A stretch of DNA of 64,000 bases from Vicugna vicugna. Its lineage: Eukaryota. The position numbers were made by a program, and so were the translations under genes. Shown here piece after piece: positions 11,701 through 24,180 of this stretch; the stretch's first letter is position 1, and each line of letters begins with the position of its first letter. Under the pieces are notes generated by a model that ran no database searches, was not told the origin of the DNA, and worked only from the letters and a program-made list of their open reading frames with translations. The stretch spans positions 372,001-436,000 of the forward strand of contig MU057987.1 of NCBI GenBank assembly GCA_013265495.1, written 5' to 3'.

Positions 11701-14279
11701 AAGGACATTTGCGCTCATCAGTGTTATCACTCCGGTGAGTCTGGTTTTCATCAAGAGCTTTAAAATGAATAGCCTCTGGGTTTTCGATAAACACCAAAAT
11801 GCACTAACATGAAATATCTGAGTGGGTCAGGGATCGCAGCAAGTTTCAGTTTCTGCCAGTTTGAGACTGACTTTCAATTCCGGCTCCTACCTTTGGTTCC
11901 AGTTCTTAAGGTTTGTGTCCTGTAGGCAAAGGGAACCACTATTCTTATCTCCGCAGGCATGGAGCGCAGTTCAGTTCCTTCAACTAGATAATCGGTGCAA
12001 AGGACGTAAGTATGATTCTTCAAGTCTGTGATCCTCAGGAGAGAATATTAGAATGTCCAAAGCAGGATTGTACTTGTGAGGATGGGAACTCAAAAATGCA
12101 ATCTGTGATTTTGCATTTATCAGAAAAATCATTTTTAGTGTGATAAGCACCTCTAAATCGTACAGAGGCTTTTAAATTTACACATAAGTACGATGAAAAC
12201 AGACCTATGTTAACTTGCTAATTATTGATGGGATGTCTCTAAATCACAGACATAAAGTGGTGTATGTGTCCATTCCTTAGAAAAGTTAGCAATTCAGTGT
12301 TCTCAAAGAGATCTAGTCAGGGCCCATCTCTATAACATTCAAACGAAAATTCAGATGACCGTTTCATGTATTATTTCTCTGTACCAAGAAAAATCTCTAG
12401 GAATTATGATATTATTTTAAATATGCATTGTAAATGTCACAGGTATTCTTTGGGATGGCCGTAATTCTGTTTTGTGATGCTCTTAGCATAATCTTGGCAG
12501 GAGAAAAATTCCCAGGTGCACCTGCAGAGAGCAGATGGCTTCTAACAGCTCTGCTGGGGGGAGGTCTCAGTTCCCGGCACGGTGCGCCCTTTCCTGGGAC
12601 CAAAGTGCCAGGTGCCTCCCAAGCTCCATTTGGGTCCCACACCCCCCTACACGCGTTTCAGCTTCCAAACCCGCCCAAAACTGTTCCTCCCTCGTTTTGT
12701 ATTGATAACGCTCGTTTATTCTTCTCCAGATTAATTAGGTGACCCTGGGAAAAGTTGGTGGGCAGGGATGACTGAATGGGGGGTCCTGTCCATCGAGGAT
12801 AGCACAGGCTGGCCCGGGCATGGAGAAACCGTCACCCGTTCATCCCAAGTGAGAGGGGAATGGGAGAAGCTTTAAAGGGAAAAATATTAAAGAAAAAAAA
12901 AAACTTTTAGTATTTCCTGTTTTTCTTCTCAGGACTTATCCAACAAGCGGAGTTTACACAAATTAATTACCTCACCAACAGATAAATTGAAGGATATGGG
13001 TAAAGTCATTGCACAGGGAAGATAGAGATTATAGACAAACGTTTGAAAAATAGTGATTTCATCTTATCAAAGGTATGAAGATTAAAATGGTATATCACTG
13101 TCTCTCTATCAAACTATTAAGACTTAAAAATAATCATCGCCAGCCCTGTTATGCGCTCCTGGACTGCTAACAGCAGTTTAAGTTAGAGAGTGGATAATAC
13201 ATCTCAGTGTTTTTGATAACGTTTCTACCATTTTGCCAAGATTTCCAAGATGTTGGAACAAATCAGTCTTTAACAATTACAAAAGAAAGGATAATACCAA
13301 CAGACATCATGATACTCAGTGCAAGTTGTGTTAACATTAAATTGGAAAATAAAAACGTTTATCTCCAACAAGAGAGTAGTTGAATCCTCTACGACCACTG
13401 ACTTTATAGAATATAATGCTGTTAAAATAGTCCTTTACCGTAATATAGCAGTATGGAAACACATTTATTATATACTGTTACACAGCGTAAACTGTCTCTT
13501 TACTATGATTACATCAGCACAAAATTATTTAATAAAACACGAGTAAATGAAAATAGTTTGGATATTAGAAAAACGTGATTATGGGTATTTTTCTTTTCCC
13601 ATTTACTTTTTTTATTAGAACATTATTTTAGTATTTTAAAGTTCATGATACTAATATGCTTCTCTCACAAAGCCACAGTCTAACCTTTAACATTTCATTT
13701 AGTCAAAATCTTCCTGTCACCAAAAGTCAGTAGCGTAACCAAAACGGCATATGTAATAAGGAATGCTCTTCTTTAAAGAAAACTGCCTTTCTTAGTACCC
13801 ATGATTTCAGTAATAATTTCATGTTAGAATGCTATCCTTGGTAGTTATGCTGAAATAAAATAATTCAGGCAATAGGCACGATTTAAAGCTCAGTTTGGCT
13901 TAGCTTCTTGGGAAGCTTCACGATGGACTTTCTTACTGACTCTGGCAACTTTCCAGATTTCAAAGTATCATTAAAAACTATAAGAAGAAAAAACTATGCA
14001 TGTCAGGCACAACTTTGTCAAAATTAAGCTCAAAGCCCATCTGGCCCCATTGTCTTATTGAATTTGTCACATTTTATAGGTAGTTGAGCTTCTTTCCTAA
14101 TAATCAATCTTTCCAAAGGATGACAAGAATGACTTCATTGTCGAAGTCATCTGCCAGAGTTGGTTCCATCAACATGACGCTTTCTCTCCCAGAATTTCAC
14201 TGCTTATATACATTTTGAAATTTTTATTTTGAAGATCTCATTTCAAAATCCCCAGTAGGCCTCAAAGGACTCATTTTAT

Positions 14280-15000
14280 CTCTGCTACTGCCCAGTTCCA
14301 GCCACCCTCAAATCTCACCCTGCATCTCAAAGAGCCTCCTAATCGATCGTCTCACATACACGACTTCTTGCTTCAATCTGTCCTCGCTTTGGAGCCAGAG
14401 TGGTATTTTCAAAAGATAATTTGAGTCATCTTACAACAGCCTCTATCCTCTACCCTCTTCTCCACCCTACACCTTGCCTCTTCAGACACCTCCATGGCCT
14501 CCTAGTAATATGGCACCCCTGTCCTTCCCAGATTTCCCCCCACCTCCCGCTCCAGCTCCAGCTCCCACCATCCTCTCGCTGTTTGGGGTGCTTCATTCCC
14601 CTCGGCCTTCTTTCATTTTCCCCAGCGGTCATGACATTCCCCTCCCCACCCTCAACTACACAGCCAACCTCACAGCTTTTACTCCTGTTACTCATACTTC
14701 CCTGAATGTTCTGCTATGCCTCACTGAGTGAACTCTGCTTACCATTCAGACCTTAGTTCAAGGAAACCTTTCCTGACCCTCCAGCATAGGTCAGATCCAC
14801 CACTGCACTCACTACCAGCACCCTCAACTTTTTTATGATGCTTATCACCAGTTTACACATTTGATTAATGTCTTATCCTCCAGTATCTTTTAAGCTCTGA
14901 GAGAGCAGAGATCTCATTAAATTTTCTTATCATTATATTCTCAGCATTTAGCAGAGTCCTGCTCATAAAGTAGCCACTCAATAAATGAATGAATAAAAGC
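14280..15000 (+). mobile_element. L2 LINE 3' portion
   Basis: 'agagcctcctaatcgatc...gagccagagtggtattttcaaaa', 'ggaaacctttcctgaccctcc' and the tail 'tagccactcaataaatgaatgaataaa'. Confidence 0.8.
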
Positions 15001-16774
15001 CAAGAATAGATTATATTTTCTCTCTGTTTCTTTAGCTTCCCGATCCTCTTCCCTTCCCCCCACCCCACACCACCAAAAGCCAAAATGGTGTTCTTGTTAT
15101 TTACCTAACACAGATTTTAGGGATTGCTGCAATGTTACTTTAAGTGGTGGATAATTGATATCATTTGCCAATATGAAATGCTTGATGTGTGGTAGGCTCT
15201 TAGAAAAAACTTTGATGAGCAACAGAAATAACTCTATATATCTGGCTGACAAATCAAATGTGGTCAGGGGTTAAATGTAAACATCTCAAGTTGCTCCATT
15301 TCAACTAAATGAGGGAAGCCAACTAAAAACCAGGAATAGACTCTCCGCTTCTTATCTTCTGAGCATCCTTTGGACAACGTGTGTGTCCCAGACCCTGCAT
15401 GGCTAGACACACAGGTGAAGTAAACAAACCTCTGTTCTCAAGGAGCCCCCTGTCTGGCATAGCTCTACAGCACCCCTACAGCACTGGAGAGACCCTCCGA
15501 ATGTGTAGTCTTACAATCCAAAATTTGAAACGTGAAGCTCTTTCTCTGCTTACATACTCTAATTTAAATGTATTCAGGTTTCACGAATAGACTGATAACC
15601 TTTGTTTCCGTGACAGGAAGAGTTTAAAAAATATCTGTAAGTGCTCAAAAAATTCTGGTTGAATGGAATAAATTTATCTGTCTATCCATCGATCTATTTA
15701 TCTTTTATAGCAACTTTAAAGCAACATTTTTACTATCACTTTTTTTCACCCTCCTCAGGTTACCTGAAGATCCTTCAAAAAGGATAATATTATGTACTGG
15801 AGAACAGACGTTTCTCAACCCGAGGGTCCACGATGGTTATGAGAAACCTATAGTGCAGTTCAGAACATCTTAGTTGCAAATCCCTACTCCCGAGTCACTA
15901 CATTAAGATTCAGAAAATTCAAGATACCTTGAAATAACAGGAATGACATTGGCAATTTCAAATTAGAAGCAAATAGTAGCAGGAATCCAAGCCCGTGAAC
16001 CAGGCATGAACTAGATCAAAGATGTAAAAGTCCTAAGCGTGAGCAACTCTCCTGAGATGCTTCTTTAGCAGTAAAATGGGGGTGATAATAATTGTGCTTT
16101 CTTCAAGAGTTTTCATCAATATCTGAAAAGCGCTTTAATCTGATATTTAAAAGGTGTTATGGAAGGTAAAAAATGTTTGGGGTGTGTGTGATGGGGATGG
16201 GTGGGTGTGTGTGGTGGGTGTGGGCATATGCTGGTCATTCTCAACAAGCATCCAGTCACAGCTTTTCAAAGAAGTGGAAATGCAAAGGGGTTTGTTTCCA
16301 AAGCTTATTTGAAAAGTGAGAAGATTTTTACATGATTATGTTTTTTATGTAACGTTCCTTGAGCTATTTATCAAGGTGCAGAACTGAAGAAACATGATAA
16401 CAGCTGGTACTGGCTAGGAATTACTGTACTTAATTAAAAATTAGATGTAGATACTGGCAGCTTTGGTTTCACAAGGTACCTGTCCTACCCACTGAGGGAA
16501 ATTTAAATTCCACTTAGTACAATCAGTACATCGATATATAGAAGAGTGTTGTAAGCAGATACTCTGCAGGGAGATAGAGGACCGTCTACAGCCGACTATG
16601 CAAATGGATGAACTATGATTATTTTTATTGAGACTATTTAAGTTGTGTTGGTTTTGAATGAATACCAAAAATATGTGCTCGTTTTCACATTCAGAGAATT
16701 AGGAGAAGTATAGGAAACAGACTGACTCCTAGAGATACAGCAGTACAAGAAACCAGAGTTAAAGTACTATTGCA

Positions 16775-16894
16775 GGGGAGGCTATAGCTCAAGTGGTAGA
16801 GCACATGCTTAGTATCCACAAGGTCCTGGGTTCAATACCCAGTGCCCCCTCTAATAAATAAATAAATGAATAAATAAACCTAATTACTCCCCCC
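16775..16894 (+). mobile_element. tRNA-derived SINE (camelid vic-1-like)
   Basis: Head 'ggggaggctatagctcaagtggtagagc' (A box), 'gggttcaatacc' (B box) and (TAAA)n tail. TSD aaagtactattgca (16761-16774) / aaaatgctattgca (16895-16908) at a TT|AAAG site. Confidence 0.9.
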
Positions 16895-17059
16895 AAAATG
16901 CTATTGCATTTCCTTCCGATTCTATGTATGTAGATAGACTTTTAAATTCCTCTTGCAAAATTGTGATTATAATTTTATTATATATTCAGTTTGTGGGTAA
17001 AGGTCAAATTTAGGATTGGGTTTATGGATAGATGCAAGGTCAAGGTCACCGCTGTAAAA

Positions 17060-17660
17060 ACTTTATCTTATTATAGTAAATTTGCTTATAAAACATATTT
17101 TAATAGCTATATAATATTTAATTATATAGTTCTGTTCTAAACCATTCCCCCATTGTGGATATTTAGATGGTGTATATGTTTATTTGTTTGTTTTTCTCAT
17201 ATATTGTTAAGTATCTCTAATTATTAAGATAAATCTCTAAAAGTAGACTTTTGTGATCAAAACCTTTCAATGCCATATAAAGGTTTTTTTACACATATTA
17301 TAAAATTGTTTAAAAGACTTTTGATGCCCATCAGAAATATATCAAATTATCCATTTCTTCACAAACTTAATATCATTGAATATTAAAAATTGTATCTCTC
17401 ATGCCAAATTCATGGAAAGATAGAAAACTTTATTGTTGTAATATGTATTTTTATTATATACTGAGTTTGCAAAGTCTTGTACATATACTTTATTTTTGTG
17501 GATTTTTTTAATATATGATTGCTTACTGTTTAATAGATATATTAGTATTTTTATTGATCTTTAAGCAGACTAGATAACAAATATATTAATAAGTGATGGC
17601 TTTTTAAATATTTCCTCAATTTTTATTTCTATTTTCATTTTGTTAGGAGTGCTTTTTGAC
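17060..17660 (-). mobile_element. Ancient L1 (L1ME-like) fragment
   Basis: 'taaaccattcccccattgtggatatttagatgg...gataaatctctaaaagtagacttttgtgatcaaa' antisense L1 3' motifs. Confidence 0.65.
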
Positions 17661-17669
17661 CTTTATTCA

Positions 17670-18900
17670 TGAAATAATTATTGAACTCTTGCTATGGGGT
17701 TGCATACTGTTCTGAGCCCTATGATACAGAAATGAACAAAACAATAAAAAATCTGGCCTTTGTGAAGCTAAAACAAGATAGTCAAAAATCCTGGACTTCA
17801 TGAAATTTATAATCTAGTTGTGGGAGAAAGACAACAGACAGATAAAAAAGTTAACTCATATTATAGCAGAAGGTAAGATGGCAATAATGCCACAGTTAAA
17901 AAGTGATAGAGAGGAAATAAAAGATGTTAGTCATGATGACTGCAACTTTCAGTAGGGTGGCTGGAGGATGATGTTGGAGTAAAAACTTGAAGGAGGTTTG
18001 AGTTTAGCTAGGCAAAAGAAATAGCAAGTGCAAAGTCCATAGATGAGATATACCAGTTATGTTCAAAGAACAGAATGAAAAATACTGGTGTGGCTGGAAT
18101 CAGTCAAGGTTGAGATGCCATTAGAGACATTATGGGGACCCACATAATGAAGAAGCTAGTGCACTATTGCTAAACTTTGGCATGCACGTTGAATGAAAAA
18201 TGGATACTTGCAAAATATTACATACATCAGTGACTTGATTTGACTTCCAGACTTATTCTGAGTGCTGTCCTAGATATAGGTGGAAGAGGATACCATGGTT
18301 AGGAGACTACTGCAATAATCCAAACAAGAGAGAGAACAGATTGATAGTAATTTAGAATGGTCAGACTCTAGTTACACGCTGAGAAAGAGTTAACAAGATT
18401 TACTCAAGGCAAGGTTTTGGAAGGTGAAAGCAAGTCAGTGATGACTCTAAGACTTTTGGCCTGAGTAATTAGAAGGATGGAATGGTCATGAAGATAGTCA
18501 ATTGGAGAAAAAACAAAAACAAGGAACCATGAGATGAGATGAGATCACTCAGGCAGTGACTGTAGATGTAAAAGACAAGAGGAACAAAGTCTGAGATCTG
18601 GGGGTGCCAACCAGCAGAAGAGTCTGAGACGTGGCCATTTGGAATGAGGAAAGATAGAAGGTTCCTGAAATGTATGGAAAGAGTTTAAAGAGGAGAGAAT
18701 AATCAATGGGGAAAATGCTAGTGACGAACTGGATAAGACAGAGACTGGGATTCAGAAGTTCCATGAATATAACGACAGGGATGTCGCTGATCGCCTTGAC
18801 AGGAAGAGTTTGAGTGAAATCTTGTAAAGCCAGCTATTGTTATACTATGGATCAGTGCAATGGAGAGTATAATATAATTATCAAGGGTAGAGACTAAACT
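17670..18900 (-). mobile_element. L2a LINE
   Basis: 'tattgaactcttgctatg...tactgttctgag...aaatgaacaaaaca', 'ggagactactgcaataatccaa' and 'gatgactctaagacttttggcctgagtaattagaaggatgg'. Confidence 0.85.
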
Positions 18901-18934
18901 GGAGAAAATGACAAACACAAAACTAATCTATAGC

Positions 18935-19150
18935 ACAGCAGTTAACAGAACAGGTTCTAGAGTCAGATTAAAATACAACCCTGACACTTTTATGCCATTA
19001 AACTTTGTTATTTGTTTTATGTTTTATGTTGCACATAAACCCATATTCCCCATCAAGTTTTTGGAAAGATTAAATGAGATAAAGCCAGGCGACCACCATG
19101 GAGGTCCTTGGCACACTGCGGTGCTGGACAACCAGGAGATGCTAATAAAG
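18935..19150 (+). mobile_element. MIR fragment
   Basis: 'gcagttaacagaacaggttctagagtcaga...aagattaaatgagataaa'. Confidence 0.6.
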
Positions 19151-19253
19151 AGTTCACTGTATTCCCACTTAACTTTCACGTGCTTTGTATTTGGTGCAAA
19201 GAAGCGAATGTGACTATTAAACTAAACACTGGATTGTCATTAAAAATGGTTAG

Positions 19254-19286
19254 TGACAACATTGTAAATCAACTATACTTCAACTG
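19254..19286 (+). mobile_element. Ultra-short L1 3' end with TSD
   Basis: 'gacaacattgtaaatcaactatacttcaa' L1 tail between aaaaatggttag (19242-19253) and aaaaatgattag (19287-19298), at a TT|AAAA site. Confidence 0.75.
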
Positions 19287-19324
19287 AAAAATGATTAGCC
19301 GGAGAAATATATCCTAGGTCTCTA

Positions 19325-19600
19325 GAGTTCTTGCCTGCTTTCAAGCTGTCTCCTGGAACCATGCAACTACCGTGTGAACAACCCTGGGTTAGCCTCCTGG
19401 AGGATGAGAGACCACATGAATGAGAGTCCACATGCCCTTCCTGGGGCCCAAGGCATGTGAGAGGCAGAGGAAACCCACACAGTTACGTCCAGTCTAGATC
19501 ATTAATCTGCAGACTCATGAGCTAAATAAATGGTTGTTACTGTTGTAAGCCATTGAAACTCATTGGATTTGTTATGCAAACATAGGTAACTCATATATAT
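19325..19600 (+). mobile_element. MaLR LTR (MLT1F/G-like)
   Basis: 'gttagcctcctggaggatgagagaccacatg...catgagctaaataaatggttgtt...taagccattgaa...tttgttatgcaaacataggtaact'. Confidence 0.8.
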
Positions 19601-21439
19601 ACCCTTTTCACTTAGGAAAAGAAATGATGACTTTGTGAATATACCATTTGTAAAGAGTGCTTAGGCTCACGGTTAGCTCTTAAGCTTTGTAGGCTATTTT
19701 GTAGGTTATGCACACAATTTCTGCAAGTCCAGCAAGTAACCTTATAAAAAAATTTAGTTCATTCACGATACACTCGCAAAATAATAATTGATCCCTAAGA
19801 AAGATTTTCAAGTAATTCCATATATTAGATAGCAGAAAAGCTTCTGTGAAATAAGCAAATTATTTTTGCTTTGAAATGATGTACCTGTTGATAAAAATGT
19901 ATATTTATAATTTTATTTTAAAATAATTGTTTGATGACAATATGCATGATTGAAGCAAAACATAGGGATGCTGTAAACTTTCCAAATATTATATATTTTC
20001 ACTTATGAAAAAATTCCCTTTAAAAAGTATCTTGGAATCCCTTATTTCATTTCATAACATAAAGGGACAAAAGGAGAAAATGTTTCTGAGAGGTCACAGT
20101 GGAATCTTCGTCTAAGATCATCCACCATCAACATGGAGACAATTACATCTAAGTGTTATATTTTGGATGTTTTTATTTGCCTCTAGGTTTCTAAACACAA
20201 TAATGCCATTTGCTTTTACCTAATTTTCATTGAACTGAAATGATATTCACGTTAAAGTAAAACTCACCCTAGAGGCAATGCAATAGTTCTCAGAAATGTG
20301 AAATTATTCCTTTTCTTTGTGCTTAGACGCCTTTAACGAGCTTCAATGTGCAGTTTACTCATCTTTTTAATAGTAGAGACTTTGGGGAATGAATGAAAAC
20401 AGTTGTGAACCTAGTGAAAGAAAAATTGGGCAGAAGGTACTGAACAATCATGATTTATTTATTCAATTAGACACACAATTCCGTTTACCAAAAATTCTCT
20501 AGACAAATGAGGGGAGGTAGGATGGTTATCCAGCAAATTTTCTATGAATTTCTTCCACCTCTGCATGGCATTCAGCAGAGATTTGTCACAAAAGCACATG
20601 TATTGCTCCACATCTTTAAGTCTTCTAAGAACAGTGTCACAATGCAATGCAAAAGCTGGCTTCAAAGTTAGATGTGTTAGATTTATATCTTTATCAGAAT
20701 CTTTGGGTATTTCCATTATAAGAAATAGTATTCTTTGTTAGGGAAAAAAAGAAAGGATCCAGTTTATCTTTTCTGAGGGTAACGGGAAGTACTACCAGTC
20801 CCTTAGACACAAACTTTCTATAATCATAACTATTTAAATCAGCCTCACTGAATACAGCAATGCCAACATGTTATCTGGTAAAGAAGGTTAAAATTATGCA
20901 TCCTACTTATTGAATTATTAATGGTGTTTAATTTCTGCAATATTCACTTTTGATTTAAGGGTCATAATCAGACATGCATCTTGCTGATTCACAAGAACAA
21001 AAATGGAAGAATTAGAACAACACTCTTCAATATCTACATCCAACCATCGCCCCACTCTCAGGACCTATTTCAAACCAAGTATGTTATTCAGAAAATCTTT
21101 GGGGAATAAAGAAGGTAGCCCTGTGCTGTAAATGCAGAGTGGTAAAGAAGAAATGATGTTTTGAGGGCACCAAAGTAGTGGAACAAAATTCTTTCAAGTG
21201 CCAACAATCTCATTTAAATATATACTTGCCACCCCAGCGTTCACCAGACAGGGTAATCAGAATTTCATACTGGGTTTCAATTTATACACTTGAAATGACT
21301 ATTCGAGTGTTTTGTCAAGGTGGTCCTTGCTCATCCGGTCCACACTGACATTTCCAATCACTTCCTCTTGTTTCAGTTTGCAACCCAGGAATACTAAACT
21401 AGGTGTAATTTCTAAAGAGGGGCCATGTTCTTTCACGCC

Positions 21440-21600
21440 TCCATTCATGCTTATTTTGTTGTTCATTTGTTTATCTGTCTGTTTCCTGGTTAGACTCTGA
21501 GAGCCTTGCACAGAGGTGTAATGCACCGTCCCAGGCCCAGCACCTGACTCAGAGCCAGGCACGTAACTGCCATCTATAAAGATTTATGAAATTAAACTGA
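21440..21600 (+). mobile_element. L2 3' end
   Basis: 'tttatctgtctgtttcc...tagactctgagagccttg...ccagcacctgactcagagccaggcacgtaa'. Confidence 0.6.
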
Positions 21601-22343
21601 GTTAATGGGTTTACTCTCCATGAGATCTTGCAAGCGAAAACCATTGCTTCTGCTCAGTGCTCTCACAATATTTTATTCTTTCTGTCATTTTATTCTTTCT
21701 TCTCTTTATCATGTACACTGTAGAGGAAAAGATTGATGTCTTTTTTCTTTTTCTCTTTCACCTTGCACTGTGCTCATCACATACTAGTATCAAATATATT
21801 AATTGAATTAATAATCAGTGGACTAAGGCTGATCAAACACCTTAGCCAGGAGTTATCAATGGATGGCATTTTAATTATGTTTCTTCATTGTCATTTTTTA
21901 GTGCTCCCAAAACTTCAGACATTATATTTGATGCCATGAAATGTAAAATCTTATGTTCAGGATCGTTCAGATCTACTCTAGTGAGAAAAGCAGCAAAAGT
22001 TAGAATAGTCAAGTATTTAGAGGCTCAAACAATAAAGTAAAAGTATATAATGAGTCACAAAAAAAAAAAGCATCTCAAACAAGTGATTTTCTCAGAAATG
22101 CACTCATCAGGCTTGTACTCTGTAGAACTTGTTGCCATGACGACAATTTCAGGCATGAATGGTAGCAAGTAAATCCCATCCCCAGATTCCTCCTGCCTGT
22201 CCAGCACCCTCATCTCATTGAGGGTATAAATTATACCATAAATAAATAAATACATGTACTTTACATTAGAAGTCAATATATTTAATTTTCAAGAGCTTCA
22301 TGACGTGAAGTTAGAAGCCAAAATATCCAAATACAAAAAACCT

Positions 22344-22378
22344 TAATCTAATCTAATCTAATCTAATCTAATCTAATC
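22344..22378 (+). repeat. (TAATC)7 pentanucleotide microsatellite
   Basis: Seven perfect TAATC units. Confidence 0.95.
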
Positions 22379-23947
22379 CTTAGTTTACTACAGAGCCAGA
22401 GTTTTCCTTGGTCTGAATAAAGAAAAGGGGATGTTGGAGCCAAGGATAAGGGAGCATGGACTGGATGATGGGGTGGGGGTGGTCATGGAAGAGAACAAGG
22501 CAAATCGGGAGACAGAAAGTCAAATACTTCACTGTTATTCTTCGTTACAGAAAATGGCTTTTGCTTTAAAGAAGTTGCTGCACATTTTCTCCCTGTAGCT
22601 AACCCTGTTTTCCAGTAGCTCCCTCACTGCAAAATTTATAAGCATCTAAACATAAACAATGAACATAAACATTAGAATGTTACCTCTTATTTTCTACAAT
22701 TAAAAACAAACAAACAAACATAAGAGATATAATTAGCTAGCTTTCAGTGGTAAGCTCTTTGAAAGGTGGTTTTTAATTTACCACTTAATTGACACAAACT
22801 GTTTGAAACTTTGCTGATTAGTAAGCACTCCAGGTTATCACCCTCCAAATTCTAACCTTGGCACTCTACTTGGGTGATGGTCAAACCTAGGAATGGCAAA
22901 GAATATCTAAGCCTTCCTTTTTGAAACAGACTTAATAATGGTAAGCCAAGGGTCTACCTTATTTTTGTTGTTATTTGTTTGTTTGTTTGATTGATTTTTA
23001 ACTTGTGGATGTGGCTTTATCTAGTATGTGACAGTATAACAGGTACTTGGGTACAAAGCACATCTTTCCTCTGAGTAGCTCACAAACCATCCAATACTAA
23101 AACCCAAGTTGTGATTCAGTGATAAAAACATATTTTGAAAGTCTGTCTCCGCTCCTATTTGGGGAAATTTCAGGCTAAACTACTGGGGTTTTGATTATAC
23201 AGTGCTTTTCAACAAATTGCTTGTAGTCTCTGCATTGAAGACATCATGATTAAACTAAGGAGGAAGCATTCACAATTCATCTGTTTTTCAGTGTGAAGGG
23301 AAAGATTTTTGGTCATATCTATATGATGCTTTGAGTAATTCAATAGACAAGAATTTTTTTTCTGTTACAATTCCATTAATCATTCATTACCGTTCTCATT
23401 AGAATGTCCGCCTAAGTTGGACTTTCAAAATAAACCATCTGGGCTGAAATCAAACCATATGTATCTAGTGGTTTATTCTGAAGCAAATTCTGCTGGTATA
23501 TTCTTGAAGCAGAGCAAATTCAGCTGACCACAGCAGCATAAACTTTAAAACATACTGAATTTCACTGATGCCTTTCTCTCTCCAATTCACTTTTGAGCCC
23601 AAACTAAGCAAGATAAATTATATACCCAAAGGTGTTTTTCTGAGAAAATTATTAGGGAATGAAAAACAGAGGTTAGCTTGCCATGGCCTCAGCTTCACCA
23701 CGGCTGTCCCTTAAATTAGATTTCCACCGAGATCTGCTACTGCTGTTCAGGCCTTGGCCTTGGTACACGATGTGTTCTGGGGACGGCAGAACAAGCAATT
23801 AGATCAGCTCAGGTGGGTATGTGATTCTGTTCTAAATTTGTTAAGCTTGGACTACAGACAATATGAAATAGTAACTCATACGTTGATTCTAAATTTGATT
23901 TCATTAATGTACTCTATTTCATTTTGATCTTGAGGCCTTATTGCATC

Positions 23948-24180
23948 TAGGGAGTGGTTCCTGAGGGATCGGAAACTGGGTCAAGCAAGAATCACCAGGG
24001 AGATTTTTTTGTTTTTGTTTTTAGGGTTTTTTTTTTTTTCCCTCACCTGGGGAGTTTTTAAAAGCATATAAATACTCAGACTCCTGGTTCAACCCTCCAT
24101 TCCAGCTCTCTTAACTTTCTCCATCCCAGGTGTGTGTAAGTTGGAAAAAAAATTGATCTGATATTTTTGATACCCAGCAC
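23948..24180. mobile_element. MER5-like hAT element with an internal T-rich insertion
   Basis: 'agtggttcc...agaatcacc(t)gggga(g)ttttt aaaa...' MER5 motif, split by a poly(T) insert. Confidence 0.55.

Noticed and set aside
14400..14731. Three overlapping Pro-rich ORFs
   Set aside because: C-rich L2-derived low-complexity sequence.
16775..16850. Apparent tRNA gene
   Set aside because: The A-rich tail, TSD and disrupted stems show it is a SINE, not a functional tRNA.
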